Shown in pieces: positions 1-14,149 of a stretch of DNA of 64,000 nucleotides. Both the position numbers and the translations under genes were made by a program. Each line of letters begins with the position of its first letter. Position 1 is the first letter of the stretch. A model generated the notes under the pieces. That model searched no databases, had not been told where the DNA came from, and saw only the letters and a program-made list of their open reading frames with translations. The DNA lies in the NCBI RefSeq assembly GCF_009914755.1, contig NC_060940.1. One strand, given 5' to 3'. This DNA comes from the human T2T-CHM13v2.0 reference genome, Homo sapiens.

Positions 1-118
1 GGGGTGGTTAATAGGGAAGAGTTGTGAGTGAGTGGTGGGGTTGGTTAATGGGGAAGGGGGTGAGTGAGGGATGACAGTGGTTAATGGGGAAAGGAGTGAG
101 TGAGGGGTGATGGTGCTT
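1..118. repeat. Degenerate G-rich minisatellite (~36-37 bp unit), truncated by the window start
   Basis: TGGTTAATRGGGAA recurs at 5, 42 and 78, each copy followed by GTGAGTGAG. Confidence 0.8.
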
Positions 119-251
119 AGTGCTGCATGGTCAGTGAGTAGCATGCCTAGGAACCTTTGCATGTTTTGTGAACACAAACCGCCGTGTTTCTGGATGGACC
201 CAGGTGAGCTGAATGCCCTTACATGACCTTTTACTTTCTATTCTGGATCTC

Positions 252-758
252 AGTGCCAGCAAGAACCTTGGTCATAGGAAACAGAATACACAACTCAAAG
301 CAATCCAAGACAGAAATATATTGGCTTATGTCATGGAAAATTACGAGGCCAATGACTTCAGGCACAGCTGGATCCAGGGGTTCTGTATTTGTCAGGCTTC
401 TCTCTCACACACTTCACTCTGGCCCTTACTCTTTCTCTGTCCACCTTGGCTTCCTTCTCAGGCAGGCCATCCCTGCACCTGCAGGCTTACTTTCTCTCAG
501 CTTAGTGGAAAGGGAGTACCATTCTCTCTGTGGTTACAACAAAAGGTCCTAGACTGAGTCTCACTGGACTAGCTTGAGTCACCTGCCCCACCCTAAAGCA
601 ATCACTGTGGCTGTGAGCACAAAATATTCTCCTCACTGGCCAGACCTGGGCGCATGCACACCCTATCTTCTGGACTTAGAGGGGTGGTATTTCAGGATGT
701 GAGTAACAGAAGAGGAAAGAAACTCTGGGCAGAAAAAAATCTACAGATGTCCACTACA
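252..758 (-). mobile_element. Old MaLR LTR (MLT1J/K-like)
   Basis: Ends in CAGATGTCCACTACA, the reverse of the MLT1 terminus TGTAGTGGACATCTG; MLT1-like internal blocks; recognised from memory. Confidence 0.55.
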
Positions 759-1749
759 TTTGTCTACAGTTGTTTCCTTGGTAACTGGCAGCTTTTACTA
801 CTCTCCCCCATAATTTGAAGTCATCAAATTCTTAGAAATGCCAGAAACAGCCTCAGTCTAAAAGACAGGTCCCCGTCCTGCACAGATTCCTGTTTAGACA
901 GGAATTTCTGGACAGAAAATTTAACAGAATATCTTCTGCTTTTCATCTCTTAACTTTTTCTGATGACCAAAAATACACAGTGGCTATAAAAAGTTCCATC
1001 TTTCTAGAAATATGTAACAAATAACATGAAATGCCCCGGGGATGACACCCCCTGAGAAAACTTCTGTTGAACGGTTTGTGAATTTTTCTCCAGATTTTTT
1101 TTTCTACATATGTTTTGAATTCAGCTTGAAAGTAGCCTTTTGACTTTTTGCCCCTTAACATTGAAATTCTTCCGCTTGTCCCTCTTTGCTTGTCCTGGGG
1201 AGAGGATCAGGTAAAAGGAGAAGAGGGATTACAGAGACCTTTGACCACAGGGCCCTCCTGTTGTCTCACTGGTCTGTTTCTTTGCCCACTGTCCATGTAC
1301 CTGCATCTCGGCTCAGCCTTCTGGAAGCTTTTATTTAGGGGATTGGAGGCCCAGTGAGGTCATTCATTGGCTCATTCATGCATTCGACAAATATGTACTG
1401 AGCTGGGCACCTGGGCCGGGGACAGGACAGATTCATCCATGCCCCTGGGGGCCTTTTTCTTCCTCCTGATTTCCCAGGCACCATGTGCTGCTCCTTACGT
1501 CCTGCTGCCTTAGTTGCCCTATCTGTAAACTGGGCATAATATCTTCCCTGTCCGAAGGAAGGGGATGGATCGTCAGTGCCCGGAGGTCTCTTCCCATCTC
1601 AGATCTGTCATTTCCAAGTGTAACTCCCCACAGGCAGTTACCCTCAAATCCAGTCAGCTTCTTCCAGCTGTATACCTGTGATGGAGTGGGTAGGAGCATG
1701 GACCCTAGTTAGGAGCCTCACTGCCTGGGTTCAACTCTGGGTGGGGTAA

Positions 1750-2190
<441 letters not shown>

Positions 2191-2877
2191 TGAACTCGTG
2201 CCAGTCCCTCAGCCTCTCTGTTCTTTGGCCTCCTCATCTTAACTTTGAGGATAAGAGCAATCTCCCCTGCTACGGTTGTTGTGAGTATTAAATGAGATAA
2301 TATGTGTTACAGTCTTAGAGTCTGGTCAGAGTTCACACTCTACAAGTGCTAGCTATTGTTATTCTCCTCTCCTGCCTAGGCTGGGGGCCTCTAGAAGTAC
2401 AATCGCCTGGGTCACATATGGTTGGGGCTCAGGAATGGGAGTTCTATAGTTTTTGGTTCTGTTCCTGAAGCAGCCACTTTGTGTATGACCTTAAGCAAGT
2501 TCTCTAACTCTCTGAACCTTGGTGTTCCTCACCTGTAAAATGGGGACGATAATAAACCCACCTTTCCAGATGGCCCCAAGCCCTGAGTTTGGCCCACATT
2601 TTATGATCAATGTGTGACCGCCATTATTACGGATCATTAGTCTTGGTCCATGTGGTTCAGAACATAGAACTGCTGCCTGCCTGACCTCAGTAATTCATGC
2701 AGAGAAACAGCATTTGGACCTCCCAGTACAGTTCATTTTGTAGAATTTTTACACTGTGTGGATATAAGTGGCTGTCTTGGAGGTCCCTAGGCTTGCTAAG
2801 CACAGAGGCCTCAGACCCCCAGACTGGACAGTGCCCCACCCCCAGATGTCAAGTTCACCTGGCCTCCTCTTCTCCAG

Positions 2878-2961
2878 CCTCAGTCACCTTCTGCTGAACA
2901 GCTCCACCTTGGCCTTGCTTACTCACAGACTAAGCCAGATGACCTGCCTGCAGAGCCTCAG
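2878..2961 (+). CDS. NLRC5: NLRC5 LRR exon (84 nt): LSHLLLNSSTLALLTHRLSQMTCLQSLR
   Basis: ctccag| acceptor, |gtgagt donor, phase 2/2, LRR pattern. Confidence 0.95.
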
Positions 2962-3199
2962 GTGAGTGACCGAGCGGCCCCATGGGAATGAGTGGGAAGA
3001 AACACTTCCCACTCAGTTGGGACCACATCCAGGGAAGCACTGAGGCCACCTCCCAGGGGATCCTTTGCGGATCCCTCCCAGGCCCATCCCTGTGCCCTCC
3101 CAGGTGGGTGCCCACTGCTCTTGCCTTCTAATGCCATCAGCTTCCTCCTGGTTACAAAAGTGGCCTAAAGGGCTTAGGCCCACGTCGTAGAACAACCCT

Positions 3200-3922
<723 letters not shown>

Positions 3923-4073
3923 TAGGATAAATAAACATGACACTTACTTTCAATGTGATTTTTCAAAACATGAAATCTTGTGACTAAAAACAAATCCAAG
4001 CAGTGACACAAAGCATTGCTTTGTTTATATCCAAGTACACTTCCTACCCCCTACCTCGGGCAGAGCAGAGTAG

Positions 4074-4481
<408 letters not shown>

Positions 4482-5085
4482 CCATTAAAATTTAATTTGC
4501 AAAATAAAAGAAAGTAAAAACAACATGCAAACAAATACTTCCCAAGGGGCTAAGACCATTTGCCTCAGCTATTTATTGTTTTTTCCTACCCAGGCAGAGC
4601 AAGGTCAGGGCTCAGTAAAGACAATACCCTGGGTTTAAGGAAAAACCTACCATTTGCATGGATGAGAACACATATGCCCCTGAGAACTGATCTGCGTGAA
4701 TCAGAGAATCCCACGTGAAAGTGGCATTCAGCCGGGCCAGCCCGGAGATCCCTGACACAGAGGCTGAGGTGAAGCTTGGCAAAGAAATGTAGAGACTCCT
4801 CCTGGGCCAGGGGCTCTGGATTTGTTTCCACCCAGCCTGCAAGTCCCTAAGTCTCTGGCCAGTCACAGCTCACTGCTGGCTCTCAAGTTTTCTCACCTGG
4901 ACACTGGGGACAATAATTCCCACCTTGCTCACCACTCCCCACCTGCCATGACCCCCAGAAGTTTTGCTACCAGCATATGAATTCCTGGGCGTGTAAGGCT
5001 TTGCAAACTGTAGAGTTCTTAGCACAGCACCTGCAAAGGCCTTTAAGCTCCTGAAAGCCTCTTGGTCTATTCCCTGCTTTTCCAG

Positions 5086-5169
5086 ACTGAACAGGAACAG
5101 TATCGGTGATGTCGGTTGCTGCCACCTTTCTGAGGCTCTCAGGGCTGCCACCAGCCTAGAGGAGCTGGA
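5086..5169 (+). CDS. NLRC5: NLRC5 LRR exon (84 nt): LNRNSIGDVGCCHLSEALRAATSLEELD
   Basis: ttttccag| ... |gtgagt; in frame with neighbouring exons. Confidence 0.96.
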
Positions 5170-5562
5170 GTGAGTTGCCCATTCTGCCCCCAGACCCAGG
5201 ACAATTTTGGCCGGGAAAGATGACAAGGGCAAGGGGCTACCTGAGCACGCCCTTTGCTTCTTCATCTCATCTCCTTCACCCACTTCTACACTGTGTAAAC
5301 AACCTGGGGCCTAGAAGCTTGGGGGACCCAAAGACAGGATGTAAGAGTGTCAATTGCAGCAAGAGGGATTTAGGTCAGACAATGGGGAGAACATCCTAAA
5401 CAGAAGCCAAGGGTTAGGAGCTGTCACTCAACATGGGGTGATGGGGCTCTCTGTGTGAGTCGAGGCCCTTCCTGGGACTTCAGCCTCCCCTTCTTTTTCT
5501 GGGAGTGGGGTGTGGACAAGATGAGACGGCAGAAGGCTGATGAAGCTGTTTTCTCCCCCAAG

Positions 5563-5646
5563 CTTGAGCCACAACCAGATTGGAGATGCTGGTGTCCAGC
5601 ACTTAGCTACCATCCTGCCTGGGCTGCCAGAGCTCAGGAAGATAGA
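5563..5646 (+). CDS. NLRC5: NLRC5 LRR exon (84 nt): LSHNQIGDAGVQHLATILPGLPELRKID
   Basis: ccccaag| ... |gtgagt; ribonuclease-inhibitor-type LRR. Confidence 0.96.
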
Positions 5647-5985
5647 GTGAGTAGCCAGCCCTACAGAGGAGGGCCACAGGGGTCACACGATGGTCCTAGG
5701 AGATACTGGCCCCTAGCTGAGGCCAGCATGGTAAAATCTCCCCTGCGCCAACCTCAGTGTCCAGGCAGTGGGGCTCGGTGACCTCCTGGCCCTCACTGCG
5801 GGACCTTAAGCCACCCCAGCCCCTGCTCTTCTCTGGGCCTTTCTGCCTCATTGTCTGGGTAGGTGTGTGGTGTCGGGGGGTTGTCTCTTAGGCCCCCTGA
5901 AGCAGGGGTGGCAGACCCAGCAGATGTGCTGGGGTGTCGGGGAGAGGGGGCATCAGAGGACCTGATGGCTGCCCCCCTCCCACAG

Positions 5986-6069
5986 CCTCTCAGGGAATAG
6001 CATCAGCTCAGCCGGGGGAGTGCAGTTGGCAGAGTCTCTCGTTCTTTGCAGGCGCCTGGAGGAGTTGAT
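5986..6069 (+). CDS. NLRC5: NLRC5 LRR exon (84 nt): LSGNSISSAGGVQLAESLVLCRRLEELM
   Basis: cccacag| ... |gtgagt. Confidence 0.96.
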
Positions 6070-6209
6070 GTGAGTGTCTGCCCAGGTGGCCTCTGCCCTC
6101 TGTGCCCCCCAGGTCCACCTGGCCTCCTCTCCCGCAGTGGGCACAGGGCAGGGCGGGGGTCCCGAGTGGGCAGGCCCAGTACTCAATGCTCATTCCTCTC
6201 CTCTTCCAG

Positions 6210-6287
6210 GCTTGGCTGCAATGCCCTGGGGGATCCCACAGCCCTGGGGCTGGCTCAGGAGCTGCCCCAGCACCTGAGGGTCCTACA
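6210..6287 (+). CDS. NLRC5: NLRC5 LRR exon (78 nt): LGCNALGDPTALGLAQELPQHLRVLH
   Basis: cttccag| ... |gtgagt. Confidence 0.96.
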
Positions 6288-6476
6288 GTGAGTGGCCCCC
6301 TGCCCATACCATGCAGGGCTGGTGGGGAGGAGGGTCCTCGGGAGCAGTGGGGGGGTCCAGGCCCCCATCAGTTGAGCTGCCCTGCCCCAAGTCAAGCTTG
6401 GCATATACCCACTCTCCTGCCTGTTCCTTCCCTGCCTCTGATGTCTGCAGCAAGAAAATCAGGAGGCCCAGCCTAG

Positions 6477-7138
<662 letters not shown>

Positions 7139-7317
7139 TGAATTTGGGATCTCAGACCCCAAAGCCAGGGTCCTTGATACCTACCCAGGTCCTGTGTGGA
7201 TGGGGAATTAGCCAGAGACTGTCTACGGGCTGGCACTGCAGCCTGAGACAAGGCTGAGGGTGGGGCTCTGGAAACGCCAGTCCCTCAGGCTCCTCTCACC
7301 CTCTCCTCTTTCCCCAG

Positions 7318-7401
7318 CCTACCATTCAGCCATCTGGGCCCAGGTGGGGCCCTGAGCCTGGCCCAGGCCCTGGATGGATCCCCCCATTTGGAAGAGATCA
7401 G
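7318..7401 (+). CDS. NLRC5: NLRC5 LRR exon (84 nt): LPFSHLGPGGALSLAQALDGSPHLEEIS
   Basis: tccccag| ... |gtaagt. Confidence 0.96.
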
Positions 7402-7488
7402 GTAAGTAGGGGCTGCCCAGCCCAGGCACGGGGACAGTCCTGGGCGGGTCTGGGGGTTCCTCTCACAGGTATCTCCCCTACCCTGCAG

Positions 7489-7560
7489 CTTGGCGGAAAA
7501 CAACCTGGCTGGAGGGGTCCTGCGTTTCTGTATGGAGCTCCCGCTGCTCAGACAGATAGA
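7489..7560 (+). CDS. NLRC5: NLRC5 LRR exon (72 nt): LAENNLAGGVLRFCMELPLLRQID
   Basis: cctgcag| ... |gtaagt; 87-nt upstream intron. Confidence 0.96.
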
Positions 7561-7813
7561 GTAAGTAGCCTCCCCTGCCTGCCTGGGGGACCAGTGGCAG
7601 GCTGAGGGCAGCCCTTCTCTGACTGAGCCTAACACCTGGGGAGGCCTTTGAAGTGATAGAAGCCCCAGGGATGGTGGGGGCCTGGCTCAAGAAAGGAAGT
7701 CTTTCCTAAAACGCCTAGCTTACCCCAGACCCTGGTGGCTCTGGAGGCAGGACCTGCTAGATCCCCTGACTCAAACAACCCCCATCCCATCCCATGCCCT
7801 TCTCCATCCCCAG

Positions 7814-7897
7814 CCTGGTTTCCTGTAAGATTGACAACCAGACTGCCAAGCTCCTCACCTCCAGCTTCACGAGCTGCCCTGCCCTGGAAGTAATCTT
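7814..7897 (+). CDS. NLRC5: NLRC5 LRR exon (84 nt): LVSCKIDNQTAKLLTSSFTSCPALEVIL
   Basis: tccccag| ... |gtgagt. Confidence 0.96.
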
Positions 7898-8704
7898 GTG
7901 AGTGATTGGAAGAGCCCTGAGCTGGCTGGGAAAAGGAAAAGTCGGGAGGGGTCGGGGGAGTTGGCTCCAGCCTGCTGTGTGGCCTGGAGCTGCTCCCATC
8001 CTCTCTGGCCAGTCCTCCCATTTGTAAATGGGGAAGATCATCCTTACTCAGACATCCTCTCAAAGACATTTTAACACTTGAGCTGCAGGTAATGTTGGGT
8101 AAAACAGTTTACCTTCTTCTGCCTTTTTCCCCATTTGTAGATTGGTGGGAGGGGAGGTGGACCAGATGGTCTTTAAAGGTTTTTGGTCCAACCTTCCTTT
8201 TGGGAGGCAACTGGATAGACCACCTTGCCTGCTTGATGAAACCTACATTTATGAACCACTGTTGGTAGAAACAGTGGCTAAAGCCAGGAGAAAGCCACCC
8301 CCAGACCTGCTGGCTGGCCGTGCTTGGCTGTCTCTTAGCAATCAGAATCCCCCAGACCTTGGGGCTTTGCGGTGCTGCCTCATGAGTAAACTAGAATTCT
8401 AGGACTAGCCTGGGACCCTAACCATGGTATGGAGGACAAAGCTGTTTCCTAAAGAACAGGACACAAGTGATTACGAGAAGATTTTAGTTTGCATCCTAAA
8501 GGTCTTAACCCTTCTCATTACACCAAAGCGAAAGTCTCAGATCAGTGGTAATTCATCTTTAACACCTAACACTGGATTCTCCCTTTTTAACCAAAAGGGT
8601 TAAAAACCCAACATCTTAGGAAGGGCATATGTTCCAACTAGAAGTTAATACCATTGTTTGTACTATATTTATTTTTGTAACTACCTTCTATATGGAGTCT
8701 GTAA

Positions 8705-9054
<350 letters not shown>

Positions 9055-9367
9055 TAAGAAAAAAGAGGGGGCCAATTTAAAGAAAAATATGATGCATCTT
9101 AAATACAGGAGGTACATGTATGTGGCAAAAATGGCAACATCTTGTGAACAACGTCATGATTCAAACTTGACGGGGAGGGGAGCAGGGAGGAAGGTAACCT
9201 GCACCCTGACGTCTTCAGGGGAGGACACACAAGCACCCTATCAGGTGGCCTCTCTTGAAAACCCTTGCCCCCACGACTGGCGCCCTGCTTTCCCCATTCA
9301 CTGCCTTGTCTCCACCCCTCGACCTCCTTGCTCTCCTGCTGCTGACTTTGGGACCCCTACCCTGCAG

Positions 9368-9451
9368 GCTGTCCTGGAATCTCCTCGGGGATGAGGCAGC
9401 TGCCGAGCTGGCCCAGGTGCTGCCGCAGATGGGCCGGCTGAAGAGAGTGGA
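9368..9451 (+). CDS. NLRC5: NLRC5 LRR exon (84 nt): LSWNLLGDEAAAELAQVLPQMGRLKRVD
   Basis: cctgcag| ... |gtatga (weaker donor). Confidence 0.95.
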
Positions 9452-9796
9452 GTATGAGGGGCCGGGGGAGGAATGGGACGGGCTAAAGGGGGACCTACAT
9501 CCCGGGAACACCAAGAGGCCACTGGGTCAGTCCCCTGCCTCCCAGAAAGCCCTTCCTTGAGTTGCACACTCTGGCCTGTTCCAAGCCCCTGCCAGGCTTA
9601 GTTCCCCCTGGGTTCTAGCCTTCAGCCTTCCCGCTGCACCTGCCACCAGTCCCCTGTTGTCTTTTGGGTTCCCTGAGAAGGTAGTGTGGGAGACTGTGTC
9701 CCCTGACCTTGGCCTGAGGAAGGGACCTAGGAAACTCTCACACCCATTCTCATGGCCGTGTTTCTCTTTCCCCTCCCCTCACTGTCCACTGAGAAG

Positions 9797-9880
9797 CCTG
9801 GAGAAGAATCAGATCACAGCTTTGGGGGCCTGGTTCCTGGCTGAAGGACTGGCCCAGGGGTCTAGCATCCAAGTCATCCG
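9797..9880 (+). CDS. NLRC5: NLRC5 LRR exon (84 nt): LEKNQITALGAWFLAEGLAQGSSIQVIR
   Basis: GAGAAG| tandem acceptor, |gtaaca donor; the 84-nt length keeps the LRR register. Confidence 0.94.
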
Positions 9881-10019
9881 GTAACAGAGGCCTGCAGGGG
9901 CAGGGATGGTGGGTGGGAGGCTACACCAACCCCCAGATCTAATGGGACTCCCTGGAGGAGGCGGCAGGGCCTGGGCTGGGGATTATCAAAGGAGACTTGG
10001 ACCACTCCACCAAGAATTT

Positions 10020-10222
10020 GGCAGCAAGCAGACTTGGATCAAACCCCAGCTCTGCCACTTGCCAACTGTGTAACTTTGTAGCCATAACTCAACCTCTCTG
10101 AACCCCAATTTTCTCATCTGTGAAATGGGGATACTGATAGTATCTACCTCAGAGAGTTGTAAAGACTAAATGAGCATATAAAGCACTGAACCCAATGCCT
10201 GGCACATAGTAAGCACTTAAAA
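10020..10222 (+). mobile_element. MIR SINE
   Basis: MIR core CTCTGCCACTT..AACCTCTCTGA..TTTTCTCATCTGTGAAATGGGG..TGCCTGGCACATAGTAAGCAC. Confidence 0.8.
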
Positions 10223-10235
10223 TGGCAGCTATAAT

Positions 10236-10462
10236 CAGAGCCATCACATACAGTTGTATAGGTTGTGCACTGCACAAGGGCATTAAACCTAAGGGGCACC
10301 ATTCACATTGTCAACCTGCTAGATTTCTAGCAGATGAGAGTAAAGTACCTTGTTCTACCAAAATCATATATTATGACAATTTCAGACAGATGGCAGTAAA
10401 ACATCTTGAAGAAAGAGGGTCTTTTCCTTATTTGCACAAATGTGTCATATGAGTGTGGCCTT
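10236..10462. mobile_element. Old hAT-Tip100-type DNA element (MER91-like)
   Basis: CATCACATACAGTTGT..GGTTGTGCACTGCACAAGGGC start and TTTGCACAAA..CATATG end; family recalled from memory. Confidence 0.45.
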
Positions 10463-10686
10463 AGCTGGCATCACTATCTCCCAGGGAGGAAGGTTGAGTT
10501 GGAGGACTCAGGAGGCAGGTGTGGGGTACACCCTCTCCCTAGGTCAGCTATGCTGGTCTAACACCTGCCTCTGCCAGGTAACTCTAGGCACAGCTCTACC
10601 TTTTTGGGCCTCAGCCTCCCAATCTGCAGATACGACAGATGGCAGAGATGGGAGGATGAATGAGTGCCTATATCTGTGCCCCACAG

Positions 10687-10798
10687 CCTCTGGAATAACC
10701 CCATTCCCTGCGACATGGCCCAGCACCTGAAGAGCCAGGAGCCCAGGCTGGACTTTGCCTTCTTTGACAACCAGCCCCAGGCCCCTTGGGGTACTTGA
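10687..10798 (+). CDS. NLRC5: NLRC5 terminal coding exon: LWNNPIPCDMAQHLKSQEPRLDFAFFDNQPQAPWGT*
   Basis: ccacag| acceptor; TGA at 10796-10798; matches the NLRC5 C-terminus. Confidence 0.97.
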
Positions 10799-11790
10799 TG
10801 GCCCCCTCAAGACCTTTGGAATCCAGCCAAGTGATGCACCCAAATGATCCACCTTTCGCCCACTGGGATAAATGACTCAGGAAAGAAGAGCCTCGGCAGG
10901 GCGCTCTGCACTCCACCCAGGAGGAAGGATACGTGTGTCCTGCTGCAGTCCTCAGGGAGAACTTTTTTGGGAACCAGGAGCTGGGTCTGGACAAAGGAGT
11001 ACCCTGCATTACGTGGGATATGTGTGATCAATTGGGGACATGCGACACACAATGAGGGTGTCATGACAATGCATGACACGTACGGTTATATGTGGCAGTG
11101 TGACCCCTTGACATGTGGCGTTACATGAAAGTCAGTGTGGCACGTGTTCTGTGGCATGGGTGCTGGCATCCCAAGTGGCAGGATACATGATTGTTGGTCT
11201 ATATATGACACATGACAAATGTCCATGTCACAGGACTCATGGCTGGCCAGATGACCTCAGGCTGGCCCAAGATCTAATTTATTAATTTTTAAAGCAAATA
11301 CATATTTATAGATTGTGTGTATGGAGCAGCTAAGTCAGGAAAAGTCTTCCGCCCGAGCTGGGAGGGGAGAGTGTCCATGCACTGACCAGTCCAGGGGCTC
11401 AAGGGCCAGGGCTCTGGAACAAGCCAGGGACTCAGCCATTAAGTCCCCTCCTGCCTCAATCCTCAGCCTACCCATCTATAAACTTGATGACTCCTCCCTT
11501 ACTTACATACTAGCTTCCAAGGACAGGTGGAGGTAGGGCCAGCCTGGCGGGAGTGGAGAAGCCCAGTCTGTCCTATGTAAGGGACAAAGCCAGGTCTAAT
11601 GGTACTGGGTAGGGGGCACTGCCAAGACAATAAGCTAGGCTACTGGGTCCAGCTACTACTTTGGTGGGATTCAGGTGAGTCTCCATGCACTTCACATGTT
11701 ACCCAGTGTTCTTGTTACTTCCAAGGAGAACCAAGAATGGCTCTGTCACACTCGAAGCCAGGTTTGATCAATAAACACAATGGTATTCCA
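10799..11790 (+). other. NLRC5: NLRC5 3'UTR (~1 kb), with an AU-rich patch at 11275-11310 (ATTTA at 11277 and 11303)
   Basis: Lies between the stop codon and the AATAAA; the 3' end is inferred. Confidence 0.85.
11770..11775 (+). terminator. NLRC5: Polyadenylation signal AATAAA of NLRC5
   Basis: First canonical AATAAA after the stop; CA about 15 nt downstream and U/GU-rich TGTTTCCTCTT further on. Confidence 0.85.
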
Positions 11791-12668
11791 CGTCTAGCGT
11801 GAATCCAATGTTTCCTCTTACCCCACTGAAGTCAGAGGTGGTTCACCCCCTGCCGTAAGGACTGGACAGCAGCACAAACAACAGAGAGGTGTGCTGAGTG
11901 GAGCACTGGCCTGGGAGTCAGGAGACATGGGTTCCCAGCTCAGGACTTGTCTCTAGTCACGTGGCCATGGGCAAGTTACCTCCTCTCTCCAGACCTCGCC
12001 TGCAACGTGAGGGTGTTATAGAAGCTCAGCATGTTAGAAACATTTTTTGTTTGACTTGCATAACATTGAAACTACTTTCTGAATTCATTGTCAGTATTCA
12101 AAATTGGGAATTTTACATAAAAATTCAGATTCTGCTTGCTTTTAAGTGCTAATCCAGCACTCCCACTGAAGAGTCACATGACTGTGCCTTTTAGATGTGC
12201 ACACATGCGTCAGCTTGCTGCAGTCCCCACCACTCCCCATTGTCTTGACACCCCACCTGACCCCACTTTTTGCTGCTCTTTGACCCTGGCCTAGAGAGTT
12301 TGCATGGGTATGTTGTACCAGAGGAACATGGCTTTGGAAGTCAGACAGGCATGGAATAGAATGTGACTTAACCCTTTGCTACCTGTCTTTGAGGTATGTG
12401 GGTTAGCAGCCACCCCCACAACACACAGACACACATTAAGACTGTTGGAGAGGTCAGGAAAGCAAGACGAGCAAAGTTACCGGCAAAAAAAACAAAAAAC
12501 AAAAACGAGTTATCCTAGCTCTCCTCTCTTTTTATAGCCGAATATCATATGACGTGAAGAGATGCGCAAAATGACAGATCAGCATCCTGTCTCCCTCGTG
12601 TAGTTAAAACAAGTTGATCTTAGGGGGAGCCTCCCACCCCATTGTGAAAAACCAAGTCGGGAGGGTGG

Positions 12669-12700
12669 TGCAGTTACAGCTGAGCACCACTGGAGGGCAG
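12669..12700 (+). promoter_or_regulatory. Candidate CTCF site with upstream module
   Basis: Core CCACTGGAGGGCAG (1 mismatch to CCASYAGRKGGCRS) with TGCAGT 12 nt upstream. Confidence 0.6.
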
Positions 12701-13488
12701 GCTAGCCCACTGGCGATTCATGAGATAACTTCCTCCACTGTGGGACCCAGAAGGAAGTTAGGAGGCGATGCTGGGGCCTGTTCCCACCCGGCCTAGTAGC
12801 TTGGGATGTCCCAGCCTACCAGTGACATCACCTGGGTGGCTTGGCCTTGACCTTTGCAGCCCTCCAGGTTGTTCCTGGCCCCCTGCCAAGCATGAGGAGA
12901 AAGTCCTCCAGCCAAGTGCCAAGCACCCATACTTCACACAGGGCCACCCTTACCGGGCCAGGGTCAGGGCACACCTAGCACCAAATGGGCCCGTCAGCCT
13001 GCTCATGGGGGAAAAAGTAGGCAGGAAGAGGATCCAAGAAGTTTACCAGGCAACCCTGGGTCCGAAATTCTGTCTCCCTTTCCTGGGACATGATGCCGAG
13101 TTGACCTTGGCCTTCAGTGTGCCCAAGATCACCTTCACACTAGAGGGGTTGCATTGCCTCCTCTCCTTGCCCAAGAATGAAGGATGAATCCCTCAAAGCC
13201 TGGAAATAGCTTGGCAGGGGAGCCAAGGCCGAGGAAGGAGCAGAGGATACCAGCAGAGGCACCTGGCCATGGGGGACAGGGGACCCCGGAGCTCAAGGAC
13301 ACTATTTTCATTTGCTGCTTAGCCATTTTACTTCTCTCTTCGCCTTTTCCCCCCTTCATATCTGCCCAAATTCTACACTCCAAGAAACTTTCAGCAGCTT
13401 CCCTGAAATAAACCATAGTATTGCGGCACTGCAGAGCTGGCTGGGCCTACATCAAGTTGGTGTGAAATTGCCTTGTTCATTTTATTAA

Positions 13489-13978
<490 letters not shown>

Positions 13979-14149
13979 TAAGATCCAATGGAAGCTCCCC
14001 GTCTCTGCATGTGAGCCATCGCACTGAGAATGCGATCAGGCTGGTAAGTACCCGCGTCTATCTGCAAGATGGGGAGAATCTCCTTTTACTACTTTGTCTC
14101 TTGGCCTCAGTCTTATAATTGTACAAATTGAACGTTCATCTTTCTTTTT

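Noticed and set aside
7402-7488. 87-nt NLRC5 intron as an in-frame retained intron
   Set aside because: Its length is a multiple of 3, but the first full codon is TAA; the inner CACAG acceptor at 7468 is out of frame
9452-9560. Read-through of the weak gtatga donor giving an alternative NLRC5 C-terminus
   Set aside because: No nearby poly(A) signal, and the stop would precede a downstream junction (likely NMD); no positive evidence in the sequence
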